Made by a program: the position numbers and the translations under genes
The notes under the pieces: generated by a model
Seen by the model: only the letters and a program-made list of their open reading frames with translations
Databases searched by the model: none
What the model was told of the DNA's origin: nothing
Shown here: piece by piece, positions 41,584 through 51,706 of the stretch
Layout of the letters: each line of letters begins with the position of its first letter
Position numbering within the stretch: the first letter of the stretch is position 1
DNA from: Acidobacteriota bacterium
GTDB lineage: Bacteria; Acidobacteriota; UBA6911; RPQK01; JAJDTT01
Direction: 5' to 3'
Assembly: GCA_965219005.1 (NCBI GenBank)
Contig: CBDCMS010000003.1
Coordinates: 642,788 to 706,787, forward strand
DNA length: 64,000 nt

Positions 41584-43212
41584 TTGGAGTGCGTCATGAA
41601 TGACCTGCCATCTAGCGGCTCAGCCGTCGAAAGCCGGGAGCTGCGGTGCGTTTCCGGCCTACTGGTCTGCTTTTTCTTGATGGCAGGGGGACCCCTGCCG
41701 GGACAGGGTGCAGGGTCTGATCTTCCCGGTCTGCTGGAGCGGCCTCTCCTGGTCGACATCGGAGCAAATCGAGAGCTCTTCGTCGATCACCATCTGATCG
41801 ATCGACTGAAGGGGGCCCGCCTCAAGCTGCACCATCCCCGACCCGCGGCCGTTGTGATCAAATCGGATCGACCCTGGGAGGGGGAACTGGGGTTCGGGCA
41901 GACCGTGATCTTCCATCAGGGCAAGTACCGGATGTACTACCAGGCAAGCAACAAGGTGTGCTATGCCGAGAGCCTGGATGGCATCCGCTGGACCAAGCCC
42001 AACCTGGGGATCATCGACGTCGATGGAAGCCGCGAGAACAATCTGGTGGGAACATCGGCGGGGGAATACCTGCACGACCACGAGACGGAACCCGCTGCGA
42101 GGATCTTTCTCGATACCCGGCCTGGAGTCCCTCCGCCCGAACGTCTCAAGGCGATCACGCTGAACGAGGGCGCGAGCGCCAATCCCTCCAAAGAGGAGCT
42201 TTCCCGCAAGTTCTCGCTCAACGATCGCGGTCTCTGGCTGGGCACTCCCACCGACGTCATCCCCTGGGTCTCAGCCGACGGCAAGGCCTGGAAGAGGCTG
42301 GGAGACAAGCCGATCTTCCGAAACAGTCTCTACGGCACCCTGGATGGGGACTTTTCACTCTTCTGGTCGGAGACTGAGGGACAGTATGTGATGTATACCC
42401 GCTACTTCACCTCTCCCAACCGTTCCGTAGGAAGGCGATCCATCGCTCGGCTGACATCGCCCGATCTGTTCCATTGGACCGAGTTCCAGCCGATGAGTCT
42501 AGGAGACGGCGGGATCATCCCGGAGAACCACCTGTACATCAACCTGACCCTTCCCTATTTTCGGGCTCCCCAGATCTATCTGGCGTTCCCCGCGCGGCTC
42601 ATGGTAGGTCGCCAGGCCCTGACAGAGAAGCAGGCCAGGGAAGCGGGCGTTCCTGAGGGGGCGGAAGTCGATTGCTCGGAGACCGTCCTCATGACCACCC
42701 GTGGCAATGGAACCCGCTATGACATCACTTTCCGAGAGGGCTTCATTCGTCCGGGCCTGGGTGCACGTCACTGGAAGACCCGCACCACCTACGCGCTCCG
42801 GGGCGTTGTCCCCACTGGTGAGGACGAGCTCTCCATGTACGTTACTCGTGAGGCTGGCACCGACACCTGGCATATCCGGCGCTACGCGTTGCGAATGGAC
42901 GGCTTTGCATCGGTGAATGCCCCCTACAATGGCGGCGAAATGGTGTCCCGGCTTCTCACCTTCTCCGGTAGGGAGCTGGTGCTGAACTACTCGACCTCGG
43001 CTGCCGGCAGCGTCAGGGTCGAGATCCAGGGTCCTTCGGGAGACGCGATTCCTGGCTATGCCCTCGAGGATGCGCAAGAGATTGTCGGGGACGAGATCGA
43101 GCGCTCGGTAGCCTGGAAGGCTGGTACGGATGTATCGGCTCTGGCGGGAAAGCCGGTTCGCCTGCGTTTCTCTATGAAGGATGCCGACCTCTATTCCCTT
43201 CGCTTTCGCTAG
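41584..43212 (+). CDS. secreted Asp-box beta-propeller protein, uncharacterised paralog family (copy C)
   Basis: ELFVDHHLIDRLKGARLKLHHP, CYAESLDGIRWTKPNLGIIDVDGSRENNLV, C-terminal VRLRFSMKDADLYSLRFR. 29 bp downstream of the rSAM gene. Confidence 0.6.
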   Translation: MECVMNDLPSSGSAVESRELRCVSGLLVCFFLMAGGPLPGQGAGSDLPGLLERPLLVDIGANRELFVDHHLIDRLKGARLKLHHPRPAAVVIKSDRPWEGELGFGQTVIFHQGKYRMYYQASNKVCYAESLDGIRWTKPNLGIIDVDGSRENNLVGTSAGEYLHDHETEPAARIFLDTRPGVPPPERLKAITLNEGASANPSKEELSRKFSLNDRGLWLGTPTDVIPWVSADGKAWKRLGDKPIFRNSLYGTLDGDFSLFWSETEGQYVMYTRYFTSPNRSVGRRSIARLTSPDLFHWTEFQPMSLGDGGIIPENHLYINLTLPYFRAPQIYLAFPARLMVGRQALTEKQAREAGVPEGAEVDCSETVLMTTRGNGTRYDITFREGFIRPGLGARHWKTRTTYALRGVVPTGEDELSMYVTREAGTDTWHIRRYALRMDGFASVNAPYNGGEMVSRLLTFSGRELVLNYSTSAAGSVRVEIQGPSGDAIPGYALEDAQEIVGDEIERSVAWKAGTDVSALAGKPVRLRFSMKDADLYSLRFR

Positions 43213-43282
43213 GGAACCCTCGGGAGGAAATCGCTGACGCGATCAGAGGGTTCGGCCTGCTCTCCCGGGCCTCACGATGAGC

Positions 43283-44719
43283 GCGTTAGGTCCAAAAACT
43301 AAAACGTTCCGTAAGTAGCTTCTCGTTCGACACTTTTTGAATACTGAGGCGGAGAATCTCGGCCCACTTGCGGTCTGGAGCGGTCTGGAGCGCTCTGAAG
43401 GAGCACAGCGAGCCAGAATTAGACAAGTCCGAGAGCCTAGATCAACGAGACTTACAGGGGAATGGCTGAGATTGCTCTTAGGCGGCTTCGCGATAGTAGA
43501 ACCGCAGGAGTCCGCCGAGTCGCTCACGGCAACGGATCTCGCCTTCGTGGAGGCCGATCTCTTCTTCCGGCTCTATCAATTCATTGCCCAGGCCCTGGTG
43601 GTTCCTTTCGTGGTGATAGTGCAGACAGAATTCCTTGATGCTGGAACGCAGTCGCCCTTCCCCGAAGATGATCATCCGACCCAGGCACTCCTCCTTGATG
43701 GTCCGCATGAACCGTTCGATGTGAGGTGTCAGATTCGGCGATCGAGGTGGCAGGCGAAGAGGCTTGACGCCGGCCTGCTCCAACAGATCCCGAAACTCCT
43801 GGCAGTGCTTGGTGTCTCGATCCATCAGCAGATAGCAGGAATTGCGAAGGAAGCCGTCGAACGGATCGGTCAGATTCCGGCCGATCTGAGCCATCCAGAC
43901 TGCCGTTGGATTCACGGTGCAACCGGCCAATTGGACTCGACGAGTCGAAAGCTCCATGACGAAGAGCAGGTAGTAAGTGACCAACCCCTCCTTGGTCCAG
44001 ACCTCGATGGTTGTGAAGTCAATCGATGTGAGGCAATCCCAGTGGATCTTCACGAAGTCACGCCAGCTCGTCTGGTGCTTGCGATCCGGTGCCGGTTCGA
44101 TCCCGTGTGCCTTCAAGATGTTGCCGACGCTGCTGGAGGAGATTCGAAATCCGAGGTTCTCCAGGGCACCCTCAATGCGGTCGTAGCCCCAAGTCGGGTT
44201 CTCCCTGGCCATGCGAACTACCAAATCGACGAGTTCTTTTCCGATCCGGGGCCGTCCAGGCTTCTTGCGTCGATCGCTGTAGCCCCACTTTTCGGCAATG
44301 AGTCGACTGTGCCACCGCAGGATCGTGTCCGGGCTGGCGATGTTCGCTATCTGCAATAGCAGCCTGCGTCCTAGGAGCTTGCCTTTGACCGCCAAACGGC
44401 GGCGCTGATCGTCGTTGAGAAGGATGCGTTTCTTGCCCAGCTTTTCTTTGAGGATCTGGTTCTCGGTAATCAGATACTCAATGGTCTTCTGTTGCTGTCG
44501 GTTGAGCCAAGCGGCCAGGGCAAGGAGAAGCAACTGCCAGGGATGGAGGACGAACTTCATAGCGCACCGGATGCTGAAAACAATGTAGCCAGCATCTTCT
44601 GGACACGGTAGTTCGATGTCAAGCACGCCCAAGAGTATCGGCCGAACAACGGAGATAAAAAAACTGCAAGCTATTTATCGTCAGTGGCTTCTGGTTCGGC
44701 TGAGTTTTTGGACCCTACG
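43283..44719 (-). mobile_element. IS481-like (IS3-superfamily) insertion sequence
   Basis: Imperfect terminal inverted repeats CGTTAGGTCCAAAAACT (43283-43299) / AGTTTTTGGACCCTACG (44702-44718) bracketing a single DDE transposase gene. Confidence 0.65.
43478..44632 (-). CDS. IS481-family integrase-core (rve) DDE transposase
   Basis: N-terminal HTH region, rve-domain motifs (TIEVWTKEGLVTYYLLFVMELSTRRV, HYHHERNHQGLGNELI) in a 384-aa single ORF. Confidence 0.8.
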   Translation of the reverse strand: MGVLDIELPCPEDAGYIVFSIRCAMKFVLHPWQLLLLALAAWLNRQQQKTIEYLITENQILKEKLGKKRILLNDDQRRRLAVKGKLLGRRLLLQIANIASPDTILRWHSRLIAEKWGYSDRRKKPGRPRIGKELVDLVVRMARENPTWGYDRIEGALENLGFRISSSSVGNILKAHGIEPAPDRKHQTSWRDFVKIHWDCLTSIDFTTIEVWTKEGLVTYYLLFVMELSTRRVQLAGCTVNPTAVWMAQIGRNLTDPFDGFLRNSCYLLMDRDTKHCQEFRDLLEQAGVKPLRLPPRSPNLTPHIERFMRTIKEECLGRMIIFGEGRLRSSIKEFCLHYHHERNHQGLGNELIEPEEEIGLHEGEIRCRERLGGLLRFYYREAA

Positions 44720-45024
44720 GGGTGACAGTATTCGCGTCCTGGGGACTTGGGTTGTGCGTGAGATGTCAGTCCCGGATTTTGGCGGTTTGGGCCGAGTTCT
44801 CGTTTTGTTTCCCGCGGATTTTCTGAGTGGGGTTCAGGGACGTTTTCGAGGTAGGCCAGGTAGGCGTGGATCATGTTTTTGGCGATTGTCCACGCCCTGA
44901 CTCGCCTGGGCTACTCGCTATATCCTGCGCCGTCGCACTCACACAGTCTTGAAGGACGTGAGTAAGCAACCTACATCGACAAAGTCTGGTCCCAGCTACA
45001 GCACGAAAAGACTCTCAAGAGGAA

Positions 45025-45765
45025 TCATTCGCAGAATTCGCCTCGTCGGCCTCGTTTCGGTTCAAGTCGCAGTAAGTCTTTCACTGCCTCCACATCAATG
45101 TGGAGTTCTCGTCCCTTGTAGCCGACCCAACCACGCTCTTTGAAGTCAGACATGATGTTGGAGATGTTAGGGCGGTTTCGGCCAATAAGATGGGAAAGAA
45201 TCTCGTGAGAAATAGGAATGCTGATCTTCGTGAACTTCTCTTCGGGGAGAATCAAGGTTCCGTGGTTTCGAGCCAATTCCAAGAGCGCCCTTGCCACAAG
45301 TCCTTTGGTATTCAAGGAATTGAGCGATCCGATCTCGACGTATGCGTGCTGCAGCCTCTGAGTCAAGATGTTGATGAAATTCAAGGCAAGTACGGGTTTG
45401 TGTTGAATCAGCTGAAGAAAGTCGCTGCGGGGGATAAAGGAAACCCAGGAGTCTTGGTGCGCAATCGCCTGGAAGGCGAAATCTCTTGAAGTGGCCAGCG
45501 TGTCTTCCCCAAAAACCTCACCGTTCTTTAAGAACTTCACGATCTGTTCCTTACCATTGGACATGATGACCGAAATCCTCACACATCCCCGGTTGAGGAG
45601 GAAAACTCCTTGAGTAGAAACTTCCCCGCTCAAGATAACCGTATCCTTGACGTAGACGCGATCCGAACAAAGGCTTGCAAGTTTGGACAGATCTTTAAGG
45701 GACAGGTCTTGGAATAAGAGCGATTTCGCCTGGGGCCATAGTGCTCGCCGTGAACTGTCCTCCAT
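45025..45765 (-). CDS. Crp/Fnr-family transcriptional regulator (cNMP-binding domain plus C-terminal HTH)
   Basis: cNMP-binding beta-roll (GEVFGEDTLA...), C-terminal HTH ISHEILSHLIGRNRPNISNIMSDFKERGWV. Lies in a lower-GC stretch adjacent to the IS481-like element. Confidence 0.75.
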   Translation of the reverse strand: MEDSSRRALWPQAKSLLFQDLSLKDLSKLASLCSDRVYVKDTVILSGEVSTQGVFLLNRGCVRISVIMSNGKEQIVKFLKNGEVFGEDTLATSRDFAFQAIAHQDSWVSFIPRSDFLQLIQHKPVLALNFINILTQRLQHAYVEIGSLNSLNTKGLVARALLELARNHGTLILPEEKFTKISIPISHEILSHLIGRNRPNISNIMSDFKERGWVGYKGRELHIDVEAVKDLLRLEPKRGRRGEFCE

Positions 45766-46383
45766 GACTCTAGTTCCTGCAGAGGAGCAAGCTACGTCCG
45801 CGCTGGCCGGTCCAACTGGAGACCAACGCTCATGTCATCTCTCCCCGGATCCAACTCAGAGACTTTCCACGGGGTGTCCACCTGCCGAATTGGCAGCTCG
45901 CCCGATGTGAGCGAAGCCCAACGATCTAGCCGGCTGACCCGTCATTCCCCATATACACTGCGAAATCAGAATCCGCCTGGCCTGAATCGTTCAATCTATC
46001 AAGCTACCAACCCTTGCGTCAACGATCTTTTCGTCACATTTTCCTCTGCAAGCGACCTCTGATTCTTGTTTTGTCCAGGTACTTTCATCAAGATCTGATA
46101 AGCAGACCGTCTGATCAGAAACGCTGGACCCAAGATATTCGAGTTCTGCCGGGTGCGCCATTACAGATCCCTTGCTGACTAGGGTTTTCGACCTGTAGTT
46201 TACTCGGAGTGGACTCTATTAGGTTAACTGCTAGCAAGAATTGGCGCCTCGCTGTGCCGTCGTGGTGACCAGAAGACGACGGGCTAGACGTTGCTTCAGC
46301 AGTGGTCTGGGAAAAGGAGGGAGAGAAGATCCCAGGAGGCCCGCCGAAGCGGACCTCCTGGTTTGGTGTACCAACTAGTGCAA

Positions 46384-49300
46384 CTAGAACGAGAACCGGA
46401 ATCCGAGCTGGATCTGGCGTGCGGTGGCTGCGGAAGTCACCCTGCCTGCGCTGGAGGATTCGATGTTGCCTGTGGGTACATTGAAGATGGCGTGGTTGAA
46501 GGCGTTGAACATATCGACGCGGAAGTCGAAGGACTTCTCTTCGCCGAACGCAAACGCCTTGTGCAGCGAGATGTCGAAAAGCGGCACCCCGTCATAACGC
46601 AAGGGGTACGGGGCGGAATTGCCCAGCGCTCGCCGCGCCGACTCGTGGCAGGGGAATTCCCCGGCCGGACACAGGCTGGCGTCCTGGACGCGAAGCCCTG
46701 TGATGGGGTCCACCACACCCGGTGCCGTGAAGGCACTGGTGTCAAACCAACGCTCGACCGTGGCCGCGCCGCCCAGGTCTCCGTTTCCGATTCGATCCAC
46801 GTAGGTCCGGCGACGGCGGCCCTGGTTCCACAGATCCGTTCCCCAGTTGACAGCGTGAGGTGCCCCCGAGGTGAGGGAGATGATGGTTGTGGCTTCCCAG
46901 CCACCCAGGATCGTCTTCGACATCCCATCGGCGTGGCGGAAGAAGGGCAACTCATAGATGGTCGAGTTGTAGAACGTATTGGAACGGTCCGAGCGCATCG
47001 GCGACTTCAGCGCGTGACGCTCGAAATCGCGCGATCCGGACCAGTCACCCCAGGTTCCGTTGTAGTTCAGAGCCATGGCTCGGGACCAGGTATAGCCCGT
47101 GCTCATGGACAGACCGTCCTGGAAGCGGCGCTCCAACTTCATCTGCAGCGAGTTGTAGGCGGTGTTGCCATGGGGCCGCAGCATGACGTTGATGACCTGC
47201 TGCGGGTAGACCCGGCGTGCGCGCTGACCACTCCAGGTACGGTCTTCCGTGTCGCCTGGAATCCAGGGGCGCGGTCCGACCGTGATGGGGTCGCTCGTCA
47301 ACTGCACGGTGCCGCCGCCAATCAGCGGGGCCACATAGCCTTCCGGCATGGCCACGCCAAAGGGGCTGATCTCCCGAATGTGACGTCCCTGGTTGCCCAC
47401 ATAGGCGGCTTCAAACTTCGTCCCCTGGAAGATCTCATGCTGGATCGACAGGTTGTAGGAGTACACCTGACCTTCCTCCCACTCCAGTTCCGAGAAATAA
47501 CAGGTCTGGAATTCGTTGCTCTGTGCCTGGGTGGGGAGGTCAAGCCGCTTGCCGGTGATGAGCGTCGCAGTCTCGAATCCCCGCTCCGAGATGTCGGAGA
47601 TCCGACCCAGGGGCGGGATCATGGTCCGGGCCCTCAGGATGCCACCTTCCTGATCGTAGGTCAGGCCGACGCCCATACGAAGGACCGTCTTGTTGTTGCC
47701 GAACATCCTCCAGGCAAAGCCGAGGCGAGGCGCGAAGTAGCCCCACTTGGGCTTGTGGCAGCTTCGGCGATCCAGATTCTGGAATTCCAGGGCAAGTCCG
47801 TCCTCTCCTTGCCATTGCGGAATGTCAAATCCCTGGGGCATCATCTGCACCATATCGATTCGACCGCCTGCGGCGCTGGCCTTGCTGAAGTCCTTGCCGC
47901 AGTAGTAGAAGTCGGTGTCGAAGCGTCCGTCCGGGCTTCCCTCGTAGTAGGGCGGCAGCGGCGCCTCCCACCTCAGGCCCAGGTAGGCGGTCAGGTTCGG
48001 TCCCACCTTCCAGTCGTCCTGGACGAACCAGTTGTAGTGCGACTGGTTGAAGTGGCCAAACTGACCTCCGACCCCCAGAGTGTTCCCCGAGACCCCGGAG
48101 GGAGTTCCCAGCATGAAGTCGGCCCAGCCTTCCCCGAAGGTGGCGCCTTGGACGCTGCCGTCTGGGTTGCGGATGATCTGCCCGGTGGCAAACCCGTCGT
48201 AGCTGTCAGTTCCGTTCGCGTAGGCCGGGGTATAGCGGTAGTTCACGTCCAGGTTGCGGTTGTGCTCCACACCGAACTTCAGGTAGTGATCACCCCTTCG
48301 CCAGGAAGCGGTGTACTTGAAGCCCATTCCCCAATCCTCGAGCGGCGAGGAGAGGCCACCGCGCCAGCCCTGGTAGCCGGTGGGGCTGATGCGGGGCATA
48401 CCGGCGGGGCCGCGGCTGCCGTCCGCCAGGAAGACATCCCAAAGAGCGCCGTCGTCATAGCCCAGCTCCAGCGGCCAGTTCACCTCATCAAGCGGGCGCC
48501 CGGCGATTTGTTGGAATCCCCAGAGGGAAGTTGTTAACTCCGTCACCAGGTTGGCACCGATTGGGTTCACCCAGCCGATGGCCGTTTGCCAGCCGCGCGA
48601 GGGATCCGAGAATTGACGGTAGACGCCGTTCAGCTCGGCTCCCGGGACGCCATATCTGCCGGTGTGGCCGATGATGGGCGTCCGCTGCCAGCTGAAGCGG
48701 GCAAACACCGTGTCGTCGTTGTCGAAGTGGTGATCGCCTCGCAGCGAGTACTTGTCGATCGTGGTGTTCTTTTCGTTGGAGTAGCTGTAGTTGTTGGAGA
48801 ACTGTCCCGACTGATTGGGTGCCGGCGGGGCCATCCGCGACATGATCGCGTTGTAGACCGCACCCCGCAAGCTAGACGGAATCTGGTTCCCAGCAAATGG
48901 CTGCCGCTCGCCGTCGACCACGTCGAACGGGTTGTACAGCTGATTGATCGGTCCGTTGGGACCACTGCCGGAGAAATCTCCCGCCACCGCCGCCGCCGTC
49001 GGTACCGTCATGAAGGCCGTTTGCCTCAGGTCGTCGTTGAAGCGCTCATAGTGGGCGTGAAAGAAGGTCCGATCCTTGAAGATCGGGCCGCCCACCGATC
49101 CGCCGAAGATCTGGTACGTGATGGGGAGTTTGCTGGACCCTGAAGAGTTGGTAAAGAAGTTGGCGGCGTCAAAGCTTTCATCCCGGACATAGAACCAGCC
49201 ATGCCCGTGAAACTCGTTGGACCCACTCTTGGAGAGCATGCTGATGACCGCGCCACCGACGCGTCCGTACTCGGCCGAGTAGTTGTTGGTGATGACCTTG

Positions 49301-49986
49301 AACTCCTGCACCGTCTCCGGCGTCACATGAACCAAGGGCCGCTGCCTGATGTAGCTCATGTTGTTGGCCCCATCCAGCGTGATCTGATTCGAGTGCGAGT
49401 ACAGCCCGTTGAAGGACGGATAGCCGCCGCCGTAGCCGTACAGCGAGTTTCCGAGGTCCTGGCCCTCCTGCGTGCCACCCGTGGTCAGGTAGGCCAAGTT
49501 CACCAGGTTGCGGTTTCGGAGCGGAAGATCCAGGATCTTCTTCTCCTCGATGACCGAGGAAACCTCGGCCGTATCCGTGTCGATGACGGTGGACTGGCCG
49601 GTGACAGTCACCTGCTCGGCAATCTCACCCGGCGTCATCAGGAAATCCACGCGGGCCACCTGCGTCTGCGACACCAGGACTCCCGGGACGAGCTGACTCT
49701 TGAAGCCAGGAAGCTCCGCCTTCAGGTCATAGGTGCCTGCCGGAACTTTGTCGATGATGTAGTCCCCGCGATCGTTGGTGATCGCCATCCTGGGGACATT
49801 GGTGGCCGTGTTGGTGGCGGTCACCTCGACGCCCGGGACCACCGCGTCGGTCTGGTCCTTCACTGTCCCTACCAGACGCGCAAAAACCGCTGCCTGTCCG
49901 TACGCGACCGGCGGGGTCAGAAGAACGACGGTCAATACCGCCAATCCTCCGACTAGCCACGCGTACTTGAATTTGCTGTGACTCAT
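46384..49986 (-). CDS. TonB-dependent outer-membrane receptor with N-terminal carboxypeptidase-regulatory-like domain (Acidobacteria-type giant TBDR)
   Basis: Signal peptide MSHSKFKYAWLVGGLAVLTVVLL. CarbopepD_reg-like beta-sandwich (GTVKDQTDAVVPGVEVTATNTATNV...TNDRGDYII). Plug-like region and 22-strand barrel ending in aromatic C-terminus LGFRFSF. ~1200 aa. Confidence 0.85.
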   Translation of the reverse strand: MSHSKFKYAWLVGGLAVLTVVLLTPPVAYGQAAVFARLVGTVKDQTDAVVPGVEVTATNTATNVPRMAITNDRGDYIIDKVPAGTYDLKAELPGFKSQLVPGVLVSQTQVARVDFLMTPGEIAEQVTVTGQSTVIDTDTAEVSSVIEEKKILDLPLRNRNLVNLAYLTTGGTQEGQDLGNSLYGYGGGYPSFNGLYSHSNQITLDGANNMSYIRQRPLVHVTPETVQEFKVITNNYSAEYGRVGGAVISMLSKSGSNEFHGHGWFYVRDESFDAANFFTNSSGSSKLPITYQIFGGSVGGPIFKDRTFFHAHYERFNDDLRQTAFMTVPTAAAVAGDFSGSGPNGPINQLYNPFDVVDGERQPFAGNQIPSSLRGAVYNAIMSRMAPPAPNQSGQFSNNYSYSNEKNTTIDKYSLRGDHHFDNDDTVFARFSWQRTPIIGHTGRYGVPGAELNGVYRQFSDPSRGWQTAIGWVNPIGANLVTELTTSLWGFQQIAGRPLDEVNWPLELGYDDGALWDVFLADGSRGPAGMPRISPTGYQGWRGGLSSPLEDWGMGFKYTASWRRGDHYLKFGVEHNRNLDVNYRYTPAYANGTDSYDGFATGQIIRNPDGSVQGATFGEGWADFMLGTPSGVSGNTLGVGGQFGHFNQSHYNWFVQDDWKVGPNLTAYLGLRWEAPLPPYYEGSPDGRFDTDFYYCGKDFSKASAAGGRIDMVQMMPQGFDIPQWQGEDGLALEFQNLDRRSCHKPKWGYFAPRLGFAWRMFGNNKTVLRMGVGLTYDQEGGILRARTMIPPLGRISDISERGFETATLITGKRLDLPTQAQSNEFQTCYFSELEWEEGQVYSYNLSIQHEIFQGTKFEAAYVGNQGRHIREISPFGVAMPEGYVAPLIGGGTVQLTSDPITVGPRPWIPGDTEDRTWSGQRARRVYPQQVINVMLRPHGNTAYNSLQMKLERRFQDGLSMSTGYTWSRAMALNYNGTWGDWSGSRDFERHALKSPMRSDRSNTFYNSTIYELPFFRHADGMSKTILGGWEATTIISLTSGAPHAVNWGTDLWNQGRRRRTYVDRIGNGDLGGAATVERWFDTSAFTAPGVVDPITGLRVQDASLCPAGEFPCHESARRALGNSAPYPLRYDGVPLFDISLHKAFAFGEEKSFDFRVDMFNAFNHAIFNVPTGNIESSSAGRVTSAATARQIQLGFRFSF

Positions 49987-50781
49987 TACGTTCTTACCTC
50001 CTGTTGTTGTTATTCCTAAATTCAACGTTAACAGTCTCGGAATTTCAATAAAGTGAGCTGTTGTCTGAGACCGCCCTTTTCGTCTCAGCCGGGGCGTCCC
50101 GAAGCAGCCTCTACTCTAAAGGGTTTTGTACACAACCATACTCGAATCGTCAAGAGAAAAGTTTGCCAAGCCAACCGTCCCAACCCTGAATAGGGGCCAC
50201 CAGCACCCCCCGCCCTTAATTGGCACGTTCGTACAATACATTTTAAGAGGCCAGGGTGTTGGTAATGCACGTAAGGAATGCAAAGTCTGTGCCAAACTCG
50301 TCAGGATCGTCTACTAAACACAAATCGATCAGAGAGTTAAGCGGGATTTCAACTGTCAGCAAAAGTACAATTCGTCCAGGGAATTGGATTTTCAGCCCGT
50401 GCTCAGTTCAAAATATTGAATTGCTTTGCCCGTCCATTCATGAAAACTCGGACCTTGCTCCGGGACTACGAATCCGCTCTTGAAAGATGACGGCAACCAA
50501 GAGCGTGCTGTGCCAACGTTGCCACTTCTCGAATCGAGAGGCTCTTCTTCGATAAGACTGGTTTGGAGTCGAGGCGTAACCGATATGTTATTCAGTCAGT
50601 GTCTACGTTCTAACTCCGAGGGCTACAGCCACAGCTGTTAGCCGAACACGCACATGCTTGACACAGAAGCGGTTACTATCAAGGAATCCACAATCAACAA
50701 ACCTCAGGTTTCTCAGCCCGGGTGCGTCGGAATCGGCCAACCTATATTTAGTTATCTGGCTATATACGAAAGCAAGGAGCC

Positions 50782-51258
50782 TCAAGCGACTGCATAGCAC
50801 CAGTGTCCAGTAGTGGTTTCTTCCCTCTCGGTTTCGTCCTGACCAGTAGATCTACATCCGACAAGACGGCCAGGATCGAGACAGAACAGGATTGATACAA
50901 TGCTCCATAAGATCACAAACAAGCTTTTCTGGAGCGCCGCTTCCGGGACGGTCTGGCCATATCCTCGGGCTATACCTACGGATGCCAATCCCCCCTCCCT
51001 AGCGCGAAGCAACTCGAGCACATCCTTCCTCAGGCTCTGGGAAAACTCCAAAAGAAGAGCTTGGCGAGTCTCTGCGGTCTGCATCAGGAGGCGGACATCT
51101 GGGGCCTCCAGCAGGCGCAGAATGTGCGTCAGGCGAAGCTCCACCTGCTCTAATCTTCTTCTCTCTGACTCTTCTGAACGAAAACCAGTAACCATGTAGT
51201 AAAACATATAGCAAGCTAGTAGCACCGAGAGTGCCGAGACGGAGAGAAACATCATCAT
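50782..51258 (-). CDS. hypothetical small membrane protein (TM - coiled-coil - TM)
   Basis: Low-GC islet. N-terminal TM (FLSVSALSVLLACYMFYYMV), central Arg/Glu/Leu-rich helix, C-terminal TM (LFVILWSIVSILFCL). 4-bp overlap with upstream ORF. Confidence 0.35.
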   Translation of the reverse strand: MMMFLSVSALSVLLACYMFYYMVTGFRSEESERRRLEQVELRLTHILRLLEAPDVRLLMQTAETRQALLLEFSQSLRKDVLELLRAREGGLASVGIARGYGQTVPEAALQKSLFVILWSIVSILFCLDPGRLVGCRSTGQDETEREETTTGHWCYAVA

Positions 51259-51659
51259 CGATGGAAAATCAGAGATCTCAGTACCTGCTGCAATCTGGTG
51301 TTGATTTCATGCAGCTTTTTCTTGTCCGATGGAGGACGGTGCATCGGCTTTTCTTCCCAGAGGGCATAAGTGAAAACTATGAGAGCCAGAAAGTAGAAGA
51401 ACTGGGTGAAGAAGCGGAAAACGTTTGGCTGGGGGGAGCCCAGGAACAAGAGACTAGAAAAGTTAATGGCCTGCAGAGCAACCATCAGAGAAACTCCGGA
51501 CAAGATGCCGATGAAATTCTGACCCAAGATAATTCCGCTGTTCTTGCCAAGCGCACGATAGATGATGAGGCAGAGAAAAACCTGAAGGACGATGGCGATT
51601 GCATGATAGGTGCTTCTCCAGGGAAGTGTTGTTGACCTCCCCGAAGAGTCTCGCAACAC
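51255..51659 (-). CDS. hypothetical small membrane protein (3 TM helices)
   Basis: Low-GC islet; hydrophobic segments AIAIVLQVFLCLIIY, GILSGVSLMVALQAI, FFYFLALIVFTYAL. Translationally coupled to 50782..51258. Confidence 0.35.
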   Translation of the reverse strand: MLRDSSGRSTTLPWRSTYHAIAIVLQVFLCLIIYRALGKNSGIILGQNFIGILSGVSLMVALQAINFSSLLFLGSPQPNVFRFFTQFFYFLALIVFTYALWEEKPMHRPPSDKKKLHEINTRLQQVLRSLIFHR

Positions 51660-51706
51660 GTGATTCTACCTGGATTTCGTGTGCCATCTCTGTCATCAAG
51701 ACATCT

